A DNA stretch of 64,000 bases from an uncultured Candidatus Bathyarchaeia archaeon (GTDB lineage Archaea > Thermoproteota > Bathyarchaeia > Bathyarchaeales > DTEX01): assembly GCA_964600125.1 (NCBI GenBank), contig CAZRIK010000002.1, positions 292 to 64,291 on the forward strand, given 5' to 3'. This document shows positions 46,151-55,658 of the stretch, one piece after another; within the stretch, counting starts at the first letter, position 1, and the number at the start of each line of letters is the position of its first letter. A model generated the notes under the pieces. The model was not told where the DNA came from, ran no database searches, and saw nothing but the letters and a program-made list of their open reading frames with translations. Position numbers and translations under genes: made by a program.

Positions 46151-47203
46151 CTACAAAAAATACGTCTTAATTATCCGCCTGACAGTGTCCTGAATTTCAA
46201 AGTCGTCGCTTGTTGTGCCAATGATGCTTTCACTAGCTGCAGTAACTGCGTCGCTTCCGTCCGCAATCAGGATAGCCCAGTTCATAAGATCGCCGGGCGA
46301 CGGACCATAAGGCAAATCGCCTATTTGATACTGTCTTCGCAGTTCAGCCCCAGCCCGTACAATACGTGTACATGTGTCCTCGTCGAGCCCACTTCTTTTC
46401 TGTATTAACGAGATTTCTGGTTTGGAAATGTTAGTGCCGACGCTGAGGTAGTCGAACGTGAGCCAAACCGACATTCTCCTTCTGAAAGCAGCGTTAAGAG
46501 GTTTTGTTCCAACGAACTCGCTGGAAAACGGGTTCATTGAGATGATGACGTAACCAAAATCGTGCCTTTTTACGACTTCATTATCCTTCTCGGTGAGGAC
46601 TATGTGGCCTCGAGTGTCCAGAATAGGGTTTAGACGAGCCGCAACGTCCTGCTTCATCATGTTAGCCTCGTCCAAGTAGAGGATTCCCCCGACCCTGCAC
46701 CACGAAATTATCTGTCCGTCAATCCAGTTTTCTTTTCCAAGACCGATGTACCGCCCGAAAAGGTCGTAGGTGGATGTCTGCAATCCGCAGTTAACTTCCC
46801 AAATTGGCAAACCCGTAACTTCAGCAATAAAATAAACAACGTGAGTTTTCCCGGTGCCACTTGGTCCAATCAAGGCGCACTGTTTAAAGTAGAAAAGGGC
46901 TCTAACCATCTGTTTGATGTAGTCTTTTCCCGGAGGTGTAATATACTCAGGCACATTCGAAGGAATCATGTCCCTTACTAATTCGGGAAACACGTAATCA
47001 GGATGCATGTCGTATTTTTCTATCCCGTACTTCTTTAGAAGCTCAGGTCTCGCCATAGTCTTTCTGATTAGAAGGCTGAGTTTGGTGCCGTTGAACTTCG
47101 TGTTAATTTGGGTTTCAACATAGCGTCTGGCGTCAGAACTCTTCAGATGATGGGCACCGTATCCTACTTTCTTTTTATCGCCGCCTCCGCTAGAAGAAGC
47201 CAA
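46151..47203 (-). CDS. AAA+ ATPase of the CbbQ/NorQ/MoxR (AAA_5) type
   Basis: Walker A GPSGTGKTH, Walker B ILYLDEANMM, and ISMNP...LNAAFRRRM (sensor/arginine region). 350 aa. Confidence 0.8.
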   Translation of the reverse strand: MASSSGGGDKKKVGYGAHHLKSSDARRYVETQINTKFNGTKLSLLIRKTMARPELLKKYGIEKYDMHPDYVFPELVRDMIPSNVPEYITPPGKDYIKQMVRALFYFKQCALIGPSGTGKTHVVYFIAEVTGLPIWEVNCGLQTSTYDLFGRYIGLGKENWIDGQIISWCRVGGILYLDEANMMKQDVAARLNPILDTRGHIVLTEKDNEVVKRHDFGYVIISMNPFSSEFVGTKPLNAAFRRRMSVWLTFDYLSVGTNISKPEISLIQKRSGLDEDTCTRIVRAGAELRRQYQIGDLPYGPSPGDLMNWAILIADGSDAVTAASESIIGTTSDDFEIQDTVRRIIKTYFL

Positions 47204-47369
47204 TGTTTAAGCACCGTGGTAACCAATCAATCGACAATTGTCTTTAAACCCATGTACGTAGCATCCCTCTACACACAAAAAGGAAATTAGCAGTAGGAAA
47301 TCATCTATACTCAAAAGGACGTCCAAAGACCGTTTATTCCATTACATCAGCAGGAGATACGATGCGCCG

Positions 47370-47798
47370 ATGAGCTCCGACGAAGTGACGATAGACGTCA
47401 GACTGATTAACCTAGCTGGAGCTCTAATGGAAGGTCCAAAAAGAGACGACGTTTCACCCGAATTCGACGTAAACGTGAAGTTAGAGGAAATGGAACGGGG
47501 AACCGGAGAAGCAACCTTCAGTTTTGCTCTGGCAATCAACACGAAACCAAACATCGCAAAGTTCGACGTAAACGGGACAGTGACAGTTACAGGCGGAAAC
47601 GAAGTAGTTGAAAAGCTGCTGCAAACCAATCCAGAAACAAAGGTGCCAAACCTTTTAGAAAGAGTTTATGAGCGCATCTTCACCTCAGTTTTCGTTTTAT
47701 CCAGCATAATCAACGCGCCCCACCCGCCCCCAGACTTAATCAAGTCCTCGGCGAAGAGCCAGATGGGTGAACCTGAAAAGAAACCTGAAGGCCAGTAA
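47370..47798 (+). CDS. hypothetical protein with a tentative SecB-like pattern
   Basis: 142 aa. It shows beta-strand-rich segments, then KVPNLLERVYERIFTSVFVLSSIINAPHPPPDL, which recalls the SecB C-terminal helix region. This assignment is weak. Confidence 0.4.
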   Translation: MSSDEVTIDVRLINLAGALMEGPKRDDVSPEFDVNVKLEEMERGTGEATFSFALAINTKPNIAKFDVNGTVTVTGGNEVVEKLLQTNPETKVPNLLERVYERIFTSVFVLSSIINAPHPPPDLIKSSAKSQMGEPEKKPEGQ

Positions 47799-47905
47799 CG
47801 CAATTAGGGTCTGAATTTCTGGTTCGGATTGCCTTTTCATAATGTATATAATATTTCTTTGTAGAAGCTTAGCTGCAAAGCCCCGGAAAAAAACAACGTT
47901 CATCC

Positions 47906-48841
47906 ATGGTGATTTCCTCAGTGACACTGGCAAAGCATTCGGTGACCAAAAAAAGCGAGATTCTCGCAGACGTAGCTGAAGAGGATGAGGAAACCGGCCT
48001 TTTGGAGAACATGCAAAGCCTGAAATTTCATCTGAAAAGCCTTTCGGAGTTCAAGGAGTTCTGCAGTTCTTTTTCAAGGTTCGGGCTTTCGAAAAACGAG
48101 GCAAAAGTTTACGTGTACCTCGCAAAATTCGGAGAGCAGAAGGCGCACAAGGTTTCAAGGTCTCTATCGCTTCACAGAACAGAAACATATAAGATATTGA
48201 GAAGACTTGAAGAAAAGGGCTTGGCTATCCGCATACTTGAGAAGCCAATAAAGTTTGCTGCTGTCCCTGTTGACAAAGCGTTGGAAAATCTAATTCAAGA
48301 AAAAAAGCAAAGAGTCATGCGGCTCGAAGAGGTAAAGCAAAAAATTCTTGGCAGCTGGAACGTCTTCTCTTTTCCGACCAAAGATTCTGAAACCTATGAC
48401 GAGTTTATCCAGGTGTTGAAAGGAAGAAACCAAATCCACATCAAGGTCAACGAAATAATCGGGGACTCAAAAGACGAAGTATTAATCGCTGCTTCAGACG
48501 AAAACCTTCTTCAAATGTTCTATTCCGGGGCTTTGGACGATTTAGCTGAGAAATCAAGTAAAATTGGAATCCGCTTAATCACAGATCCATCTTTAAGGAG
48601 TTCCTACATAGTTAAGAAGCTGAAATTGGGAGAAGACAAGTTTTTCTGTGTTGACTTTAAGGGGCTTCCGAGTTTCATTATCTCCCAAAACCATCTCTTA
48701 TTGTTTCTTAACAGCGAAGGCTCCAACGGGAAAAACGGTAAACGAGCGTTGTGGACAAACCAAAAAGACATAATCAACGCGCTGAAGGCTTCATTTTCCT
48801 CTCTAAGCGGACTCAAAAAAACTTTGAAAGTCGTATCCTAA
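47906..48841 (+). CDS. TrmB-family transcriptional regulator
   Basis: FGLSKNEAKVYVYLAKFGEQKAHKVSRSLSLHRTETYKILRRLEEKGLAI is a TrmB N-terminal wHTH, followed by a ~200-aa C-terminal domain. Confidence 0.7.
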   Translation: MVISSVTLAKHSVTKKSEILADVAEEDEETGLLENMQSLKFHLKSLSEFKEFCSSFSRFGLSKNEAKVYVYLAKFGEQKAHKVSRSLSLHRTETYKILRRLEEKGLAIRILEKPIKFAAVPVDKALENLIQEKKQRVMRLEEVKQKILGSWNVFSFPTKDSETYDEFIQVLKGRNQIHIKVNEIIGDSKDEVLIAASDENLLQMFYSGALDDLAEKSSKIGIRLITDPSLRSSYIVKKLKLGEDKFFCVDFKGLPSFIISQNHLLLFLNSEGSNGKNGKRALWTNQKDIINALKASFSSLSGLKKTLKVVS

Positions 48842-49057
48842 AAAAAATACTGAGCTGTCATCGTTTACTGTGAATTTGCCAATAGAGGTTTGACTTGGAG
48901 TTTGTGTAGAATGAGTATTTATTTGAAATCTATAAAATTAACCAGTGTTTTTTCTTCAGAAACCATTAATATTGTTTTTCTTTATTCTGGCTCAGTTAAC
49001 ATTGGAAGCCCTATGCGTAAAGCGTCTGTCTTACGTTTAAGTAGTGATGGTTCTACG

Positions 49058-49082
49058 TGTGTGTAGTAGGCTACTACGCACA
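49058..49082. promoter_or_regulatory. 25-nt near-perfect palindrome upstream of the first pilin gene (candidate operator)
   Basis: tgtgtgtagtag-g-ctactacgcaca is centred on 49070: 12-bp arms with 1 mismatch, ending 47 nt upstream of ATG 49129. Confidence 0.35.
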
Positions 49083-49128
49083 AATCAAAATATCACTTTC
49101 TCGGCTCAACAGTTTTTTAGTGAGAAAG

Positions 49129-49689
49129 ATGAAACGTCTAGCAAGAAACGGGAAAGCGCTCAGCACAGTCGTAACGACCCTCATAATTCTGGTGGTTTCG
49201 GTGCTTCTGGCAGGCGTTGTAACAATGTACGCCATCAACATCGTGTCAACTCGGACTCAGCAAGAAGACATTCGCCTTTCTAAACAGGCTGTATGGGTGT
49301 ACGAAAATGGCACAGCTTTCGCAGCTCTCTCTGTGGACAATGTTGGCGGAAGAGACGTCGTTCTGGACAAGGTTCAGGTCAGAGGCGTCGAATCCTCGTG
49401 GTCAACCATTTACTACCTGAGAATATCCGCAGCAATCTCAACTTCGCTCAACTGCCCCAATGAGACTCACAGTTGGACAGGGTTCCTTTACACTAGTGGC
49501 TCAACCGGAAACTTCGTAGCAGAAAGTACAGACTTGCTTCTGGCCTCGGGTGATACGGCAATCCTTTACATTACGAGTCCAGACAGCCTCAGCGTGAACG
49601 ACATCGGGACAACCATCGGGATAACGGTCTTCACACAGAACGCGCAGTATTACGTTGAGTGCAACGTAAGGTCAGCGGAAACCGCCTAA
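49129..49689 (+). CDS. archaeal type IV pilin-like protein (class III signal peptide)
   Basis: MKRLARNGKA/LSTVVTTLIILVVSVLLAGVV is a canonical prepilin-peptidase-type N-terminus. The ORF track starts earlier (49057), but ATG 49129 fits the signal peptide. Confidence 0.75.
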   Translation: MKRLARNGKALSTVVTTLIILVVSVLLAGVVTMYAINIVSTRTQQEDIRLSKQAVWVYENGTAFAALSVDNVGGRDVVLDKVQVRGVESSWSTIYYLRISAAISTSLNCPNETHSWTGFLYTSGSTGNFVAESTDLLLASGDTAILYITSPDSLSVNDIGTTIGITVFTQNAQYYVECNVRSAETA

Positions 49690-49696
49690 GCAACGA

Positions 49697-50566
49697 ATGG
49701 GCAAGGTTGAACGCTTTCGCTTCCCCTTTTTTCAATATGGTCGTTTAATAGGTGAAAAAAACGTGCGAGTAACAAAGGACAGTAAGGGGTTAGTTACGCC
49801 CATAACATTGACGTTCTTACTGTTCTCCTTTACTTTCCTGACTGTTGCCACTTATTATGTTGCTATGTCTTCAGTCAATTCCAGATCTGGCAGGCTAAAC
49901 TATGCAGCAGCTAAGCAAGACATGCTGATGCTTGAGAACACGATTAGTTCAGTTACTTGGTCGCCAGGTTCATCAGTGATTCAGAATTTTCAGGGGTTTG
50001 GAGGAGAGTTCGAAACAAAACCCGAGATGCGGCGTTTGGTGGTAAATTTAACCATAGGTCCATCATCGATGATTGTTTTCAACTCTTCCGTTGGATATGT
50101 AAGTTACAGGATGCCATCTTCAGATTACGGGGAGCCAGACCTTTACCTCAGGGGCGACGACGAACCAGTCATCAACAGGAGCTTTCAGAGTTCAGCGCAG
50201 ATGTTCATCAGAATCAACGGTGACAATCAGGAAATCTACCTCGGGTATCGACCTTTAGCAATTTCGTTTCAGGATTCTTCGGAAACTAGTACAGTGAATG
50301 TCGTAAGAATCTTCATTGTTAACTTGAATTCTTCGGAAAGTCTCCTCTTTACAGGCAGCTTTCGAGTAAGAATTGGCTGCATAAACATAACGACAGAAAC
50401 CAACACATACAATCTGACAGGCGAATATTCTTACGCCCAAGTCAAGGTAACCTCCGAAGGCAACGAAGGAACAGTTTCCTTGCCACTTTACAGCGTTGAT
50501 GGTTTCACCGTTGTGAGGGTAGAAACGTTGGTCTGCAATATTGAGCTGGAGGAGGTAAAGTTTTAA
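49697..50566 (+). CDS. pilin-like protein (class III signal-like N-terminus)
   Basis: KDSKG/LVTPITLTFLLFSFTFLTVATYYV. The likely start is GTG 49763, preceded by GGTGA. Confidence 0.55.
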   Translation: MGKVERFRFPFFQYGRLIGEKNVRVTKDSKGLVTPITLTFLLFSFTFLTVATYYVAMSSVNSRSGRLNYAAAKQDMLMLENTISSVTWSPGSSVIQNFQGFGGEFETKPEMRRLVVNLTIGPSSMIVFNSSVGYVSYRMPSSDYGEPDLYLRGDDEPVINRSFQSSAQMFIRINGDNQEIYLGYRPLAISFQDSSETSTVNVVRIFIVNLNSSESLLFTGSFRVRIGCINITTETNTYNLTGEYSYAQVKVTSEGNEGTVSLPLYSVDGFTVVRVETLVCNIELEEVKF

Positions 50567-51018
50567 TGCCCACAGACGCGATGGATTACCTTCACTCATT
50601 ATTAACCCTCACAATAGTCGGCATCATCCTAACGTCCTCGTTCGCTTTGTATACAAATTCTATAGTTCAAGCATCAGAAGTTAACCAACTCAAGGAAGTC
50701 CTTAACCAAGTAGCAGCAGAAGCCATGGACGCCTTGGTCGTTTTGACAGAAGACAACGCTACCGTAAGTGCGGTTTTCAGTCTTCCATTGAAGATAGGAA
50801 GCCAAGACTATTGGATAAGATTAGGCAACGATTCCTCAACATCTTGGGTCGAAGGGGCATTCGGAAGAGTCTCCACATCTGGAGAACAGGAATGCCGCGT
50901 CTATTTGCCTAAGAAAGTCCATGCTTCAGGAACTTTTGAGGGAGGGTACCAGTTGGCTCAGCTTGTTTGCGTAATGAACGGGGCAACTCCTCAAGTAACA
51001 CTTAGTCGAAGGACGTGA
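50566..51018 (+). CDS. pilin-like / pilus accessory protein with N-terminal hydrophobic helix
   Basis: MPTDAMDYLHSLLTLTIVGIILTSSFALYT. Its start overlaps the upstream stop. Confidence 0.45.
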   Translation: MPTDAMDYLHSLLTLTIVGIILTSSFALYTNSIVQASEVNQLKEVLNQVAAEAMDALVVLTEDNATVSAVFSLPLKIGSQDYWIRLGNDSSTSWVEGAFGRVSTSGEQECRVYLPKKVHASGTFEGGYQLAQLVCVMNGATPQVTLSRRT

Positions 51019-51025
51019 AAAACGA

Positions 51026-52657
51026 ATGTCTAAGACGGAAAAGAAAGACGTAAAGAAGGTAAAAAAAGAACCAAAAAAATCCAAGAAAAAGGAAGAAAAA
51101 AAGGTAGAGGATGCTTCGGTGAAGGAGCTAGTTGACGCGCTGAAGCTTCAAACTAGCAAGATTCAGGAAAACGCCGAGGCGCTTGAGAATTATCCGTTAA
51201 GAGCGCCGTTCTCTTACGCCTTGATAGTAAGGGACAAGGTCACAGGCGAGGTGTCTTACATCGTCGACGAGATTCCTCTGAACAACCAAGAACAAGACGT
51301 TTTCATGAAGTTAAAGAACATTTTAGAAGCCAACCTTCAGGCGCCACATGAGCAGGAAAGTCCGATCGAGTCTTTCCGAAGACAGTTACCCAGTATCATG
51401 GAAAAGTCTCGTGGCTTAACCAAGGATCTATCAAATGTGGGTTTAAGAAAAATTACTCATTTTCTTGAAGGTGGAATTGCTGGATACGGAAAAATAGACC
51501 CCCTAATAGCAGACGCCTATATTGAAGACATCAGCTGCAACGGAGTCAACATACCCATCTACCTGTGGCACAGAAAATACGAGAACATCAAAACCAACCT
51601 GCTTTTCAAGGACGAAGATGAACTGGACGACTTCGTCATGAAAATCGTTCACAAGGCTGGAAAACATGTCAGCATCGCCTACCCAACGGTTGACGCCACT
51701 TTACCGGGTAAACACAGGCTGGCTGTTTACTATAAAAAAGAGGTTACGCCTCTTGGGACAAGCTTCACGATCAGGAAATTCCGTGAAGACCCGTACACCG
51801 TCGTTGACCTCATCAACAACGACACAATGAGCATTGAGGTTGCAGCCTATCTCTGGCTTCTAACTGAAAACAAACTGTCTTCAATAATCATAGGAGCTAC
51901 AGGTGCAGGTAAAACCACGGCGCTCAACGCTGTTGCAGGCATGATTCATCCTGAACAAAAAATTATTTCGGTCGAAGAGGTTGCAGAGGTTAACCTTTTG
52001 AGAGAAAACTGGGTTTCGACAATTGCGCGTTCAGGATTCGGGGTGGAAAGTAGCGGCGAAATTTCGCTGTATGAACTGATTAGGAATTCAGTGCGACACA
52101 GACCTGACTGGATAATCGTCGGAGAGGTACGAGGTGAAGAAGCATACGTTCTTTTCCAAACCCTCGCAACAGGGCACGGTGGACTTTGCACAATGCACGC
52201 CGAGGACGCCGACACGGCGATTAAAAGGTTAACACAGCCGCCGATGAACATACCAGGCACAATTATTCCTTTGATGAACTGCGTGGTCTCAGTTAAGCAC
52301 GTGAAGGCGCCCGTTCTCGTCAACTACGGGAAAGCTGCGTCGAAGAGGAAATTTGATAAAGTGTCGGAAGTGGTGAGTGCAGGCACAGTTCACGACGTGT
52401 TCGCATGGGACAATGCTGCTGAAACCTACCGTGCGGACCTTTCGAACAGTTACCTTTTCAGGAAAATATCCGAGAAATGGAGCCTTCCCGTCGATTATGT
52501 GATTGAAGAGTTCGATAAGCGGAAGGAGGTTCTGCAATACCTCATCGAAAAGAACATTAGAAGCCACCGCAGCATCGCAGCTTTCCTTGGCAAGTTCTAC
52601 GGCAATCCTGAACTCACATACAACGAGATTCTCGAATCAGGAGGAAACATTAGTTGA
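51026..52657 (+). CDS. type IV pilus/archaellum assembly ATPase (FlaI/ArlI/PilB, VirB11 superfamily)
   Basis: Walker A GATGAGKTT and Walker B region DWIIVGEVRGEEAY. GHGGLCTMHA is the His box. 543 aa, with a Lys-rich N-terminus. Confidence 0.9.
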   Translation: MSKTEKKDVKKVKKEPKKSKKKEEKKVEDASVKELVDALKLQTSKIQENAEALENYPLRAPFSYALIVRDKVTGEVSYIVDEIPLNNQEQDVFMKLKNILEANLQAPHEQESPIESFRRQLPSIMEKSRGLTKDLSNVGLRKITHFLEGGIAGYGKIDPLIADAYIEDISCNGVNIPIYLWHRKYENIKTNLLFKDEDELDDFVMKIVHKAGKHVSIAYPTVDATLPGKHRLAVYYKKEVTPLGTSFTIRKFREDPYTVVDLINNDTMSIEVAAYLWLLTENKLSSIIIGATGAGKTTALNAVAGMIHPEQKIISVEEVAEVNLLRENWVSTIARSGFGVESSGEISLYELIRNSVRHRPDWIIVGEVRGEEAYVLFQTLATGHGGLCTMHAEDADTAIKRLTQPPMNIPGTIIPLMNCVVSVKHVKAPVLVNYGKAASKRKFDKVSEVVSAGTVHDVFAWDNAAETYRADLSNSYLFRKISEKWSLPVDYVIEEFDKRKEVLQYLIEKNIRSHRSIAAFLGKFYGNPELTYNEILESGGNIS

Positions 52658-54168
52658 AGCTGAAATTGAACTTGGGGTCTGCTGAAGCTGGTGATGACGA
52701 ACTTCCATTCGCGTTCATGCTGATTACCCTTATGGCTTCATGCGGAATCTCGCCTTACGAGAGCTTCAAAAGACTGAGACGCGTTGAGCTTCTACCGTTC
52801 ATAAAGAAAGAAGCAGACGAAATCGTAAGAAGCGTCGAAGTCCTCAACAAAGACCCTTTAACAGCGATGCTGCACAGAGCCGACCAATCTAAATCGGTCA
52901 CCTACGGAGATTTTCTGACAGGCTACGTGTCCACCGTAAAAAGCGGCGGAAGCGTGACAAGTTACCTAAAAAGCAAGCTCCGCTCGATTTTCGATGTTCG
53001 CGCAGCCGCTGCGGTTCGTTCAATCGAAAGGCTCGAAACCCTAGTCGAATCGTACATGGTCATGCTGCTGGTTCTGCTCTGTGTGTATATCCTCGTAGCT
53101 GTCATGTCTTCTACAACCTTCAATTCGACTCTCAGAATGGGCATCAGCGGTGGACAAGTCATGGTTTACCTTATTCTTTTCGTGGCGATGCCTATGGTTT
53201 CGCTGGTTTTCATGCTTATTGCACAAATACTTCGGAAGAGCACATTGATGAACCTAAAGACGATATATTTTAAGGCTTTACCTTTCGCAGTTGTAGGCGG
53301 GGGACTTTTTGCCACGTTGGCTTTCGTGCCTGAGGTGCTTACAGCCCTAACCAGCATAACCCTGTCTTTGCAGGCGACGTTAAATTCTGTGCTGCCAAGC
53401 CTGAATATACAGACCCTTGTAAGTAACACTGTGCCCTTCTTTGTGACAATGATTCTTGCGCTCATATCATTAGTCCCAACCCTTTCCTACAAAAACGTGG
53501 TCGGCGTCAACCTCAAGGCGGAAGATGCCATGCCAAATTTTCTGCGAGACGTGAGCGAAACACGAAAAACGGGCATGTCGCCTGAAAAAAGCATTGTCCA
53601 CAGCGCAGGACGCAAGGGCTATGGGTCGTTCTCGAAAATCTTAGAAAGAATAGTGAACCAAATCGAATGGGGAGTTTCGCTAAGAAAAATCTACAGCGAC
53701 CTTCAAGACTGGCTGAAAAGTTGGCCTGTCCTAACCAATTTTCTCATCCTCATCGAGACCATTGAGGTCGGAGGAGGCTCGCCTGAAGCCCTTGAGCTTC
53801 TAGCGGGCTACAGCGAAAGAATGAGAGACATAGAGAAGAACAAACGTGACATGCTCAAACCATACGTCATACTTCCGTTCATCTGGACGGTTCTGATGGC
53901 GCTTACTTTCTCCTTCACCTTCTACGTTGTTACCCAGCTTCCAACAACATACCCTGGTGGAACGGAATTCCCTCTCATGCAAGGGCAGATGGCTCTCTTT
54001 TCAAGCGCCATAATCTTTCACTCGTGGGTTTCAGGCTTCTTCATCGGTAAGATTACGCAAGGAAACTTCGCTGCTGGATTCAAGTACTCGCTGCTTCTCG
54101 CTGTGACGGCGTTTGTGTCGTTGTTGTTGTCGCAGAACGTGATTGACATCGTTTTCGGAGCACTGTGA
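52654..54168 (+). CDS. type IV pilus/archaellum platform membrane protein (FlaJ/ArlJ/TadC-like)
   Basis: 504 aa, polytopic, with two cytoplasmic T2SF-like domains. It overlaps the ATPase gene by 4 nt. Confidence 0.8.
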   Translation: MKLKLNLGSAEAGDDELPFAFMLITLMASCGISPYESFKRLRRVELLPFIKKEADEIVRSVEVLNKDPLTAMLHRADQSKSVTYGDFLTGYVSTVKSGGSVTSYLKSKLRSIFDVRAAAAVRSIERLETLVESYMVMLLVLLCVYILVAVMSSTTFNSTLRMGISGGQVMVYLILFVAMPMVSLVFMLIAQILRKSTLMNLKTIYFKALPFAVVGGGLFATLAFVPEVLTALTSITLSLQATLNSVLPSLNIQTLVSNTVPFFVTMILALISLVPTLSYKNVVGVNLKAEDAMPNFLRDVSETRKTGMSPEKSIVHSAGRKGYGSFSKILERIVNQIEWGVSLRKIYSDLQDWLKSWPVLTNFLILIETIEVGGGSPEALELLAGYSERMRDIEKNKRDMLKPYVILPFIWTVLMALTFSFTFYVVTQLPTTYPGGTEFPLMQGQMALFSSAIIFHSWVSGFFIGKITQGNFAAGFKYSLLLAVTAFVSLLLSQNVIDIVFGAL

Positions 54169-54169
54169 C

Positions 54170-55231
54170 ATGCCGACAACGACGATTGACACGCTGCTTT
54201 CATGCTTCGTCATGGTTTCTTTAGTCCTATCTTCAATGGTGGGCGTGTACACCGTTGTCCACCCCTTCCTCCAAGAGCAGCAGTCATGGTACAAAACGCA
54301 GGTCAACCAAAAGCTCGCAGAATATCTTCTTCTTGGACCCGGATACCCAGTTAATTGGGGGTCAGACTTAGCCACTTCTTTAACTGATTTTGGGCTGGCA
54401 AAATCTGGGTTCGCAACGCCCTTCGAGTTGGACATCGACAAGGTCACTCGGCTGAACAGTGAAAACGTCTACAACGTGAGTTTCCTTGACGTTTTTTCAG
54501 CCTTGGGAACGCAAGATAAACCCTTCAGAATCACAATCAAACCTGTCTTTGACGTTACCGTTAACCTAACCTCGAAACAGGAAGGACCGACCGACACGGT
54601 TTATCATTTTCAAGTGACCACAAAAAAGTCAAATCTTCCCATTGCTGCTGATCTAAGCTGCTACGCCGTCTTTTTAGAACAAGTCGTAAGCAACGCTTCT
54701 TCCACGTCTCCGACAGGCGAAGGCTTAGTCGAAATTTCGCTCCTTAACGAAGGAACCGGGACAGCATTGTTTATCGTAATCGCCAAAGCCGATTCCAAGA
54801 CGACCTCTTATGCGGTTTACCCGTTCACGCATCAGTCAAGCGGCAATCCCCACTCCCAAGGCGCGTATGCTGCTTTAAGTCCCGTGGACTACACGCTTAG
54901 GGTTGACCTTGTTTCCGTTGAAGACAGAGTATCCTATGCAACAATATTAACATACAACGACTGGTTCAGCCTAGCTGAAATTAACGAATCGCAGGCAACC
55001 ATGTTCTATACAATGCCTCATCTACTCGATGTTGGCCCAATGGTTTTAGTTGGAACAGGATTAGACGAGTCAACCTCGTTCGCTGAATGGACCGTTTATC
55101 CCCAGATTCCGGTCGATTTCGGATCGAATTTCACGGGGCAGCATGACCTTCTGGATTCTTACGCCTTCCGCTACTTGGTGACTATAAACTCTGCGGTTTA
55201 TGAATGCGAAGTTACGATAGGAGGGACATAA
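54170..55231 (+). CDS. pilin-like / pilus-associated secreted protein
   Basis: ATG 54170 gives MPTTTIDTLLSCFVMVSLVLSSMVGVYTV, an N-terminal hydrophobic helix. The ORF track start at 54143 would overlap the FlaJ-like gene. Confidence 0.5.
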   Translation: MPTTTIDTLLSCFVMVSLVLSSMVGVYTVVHPFLQEQQSWYKTQVNQKLAEYLLLGPGYPVNWGSDLATSLTDFGLAKSGFATPFELDIDKVTRLNSENVYNVSFLDVFSALGTQDKPFRITIKPVFDVTVNLTSKQEGPTDTVYHFQVTTKKSNLPIAADLSCYAVFLEQVVSNASSTSPTGEGLVEISLLNEGTGTALFIVIAKADSKTTSYAVYPFTHQSSGNPHSQGAYAALSPVDYTLRVDLVSVEDRVSYATILTYNDWFSLAEINESQATMFYTMPHLLDVGPMVLVGTGLDESTSFAEWTVYPQIPVDFGSNFTGQHDLLDSYAFRYLVTINSAVYECEVTIGGT

Positions 55232-55235
55232 AGCG

Positions 55236-55658
55236 GTGCCGATGGACAACCGTGGCCAAATCAGGGTTCTTGAAGCCTTTTTTGCGACGGCAGTAGTGTT
55301 CGGGTCTTTAATATTAACGGGACCTGTGTACGTGGCTTACCAGAACACGGGTCACACTGAGATTCTGTACTCGCTTGGTTTGAACGTGTTGATTGAGCTT
55401 GACAGAGAAGGCGAGCTCGGAGAATTGATCTCTCAAAATGACTGGGCTGAGCTTTCGAACCGTTTGTCATTGTTGTTGCCCATCGGAGTCTCGTATAATG
55501 CGACTATATACGACGAAAGCCATGAGATTGTTAATTCGTCTCCTATAACTGACGGAGTCTTGGAAGGAAAAAACGTGGTTTCAGTCCAGTATTTGGTTGT
55601 TGAAAGGGCACATATCGGCTTCTATGTGGTCAGTCTTCAGCTGGCGTACATCAAATGA
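55236..55658 (+). CDS. archaeal type IV pilin-like protein (class III signal peptide)
   Basis: MPMDNRGQ/IRVLEAFFATAVVFGSLIL. Confidence 0.65.
   Translation: MPMDNRGQIRVLEAFFATAVVFGSLILTGPVYVAYQNTGHTEILYSLGLNVLIELDREGELGELISQNDWAELSNRLSLLLPIGVSYNATIYDESHEIVNSSPITDGVLEGKNVVSVQYLVVERAHIGFYVVSLQLAYIK

Noticed and set aside
46151-47203. The AAA+ ATPase as GvpN (gas vesicle) or as McrB-type restriction GTPase
   Set aside because: No gvpA/F/L/K-like genes and no McrC-like partner are present. The adjacent VWA-MIDAS protein points to the CbbQ/NorQ-NorD/CbbO type.
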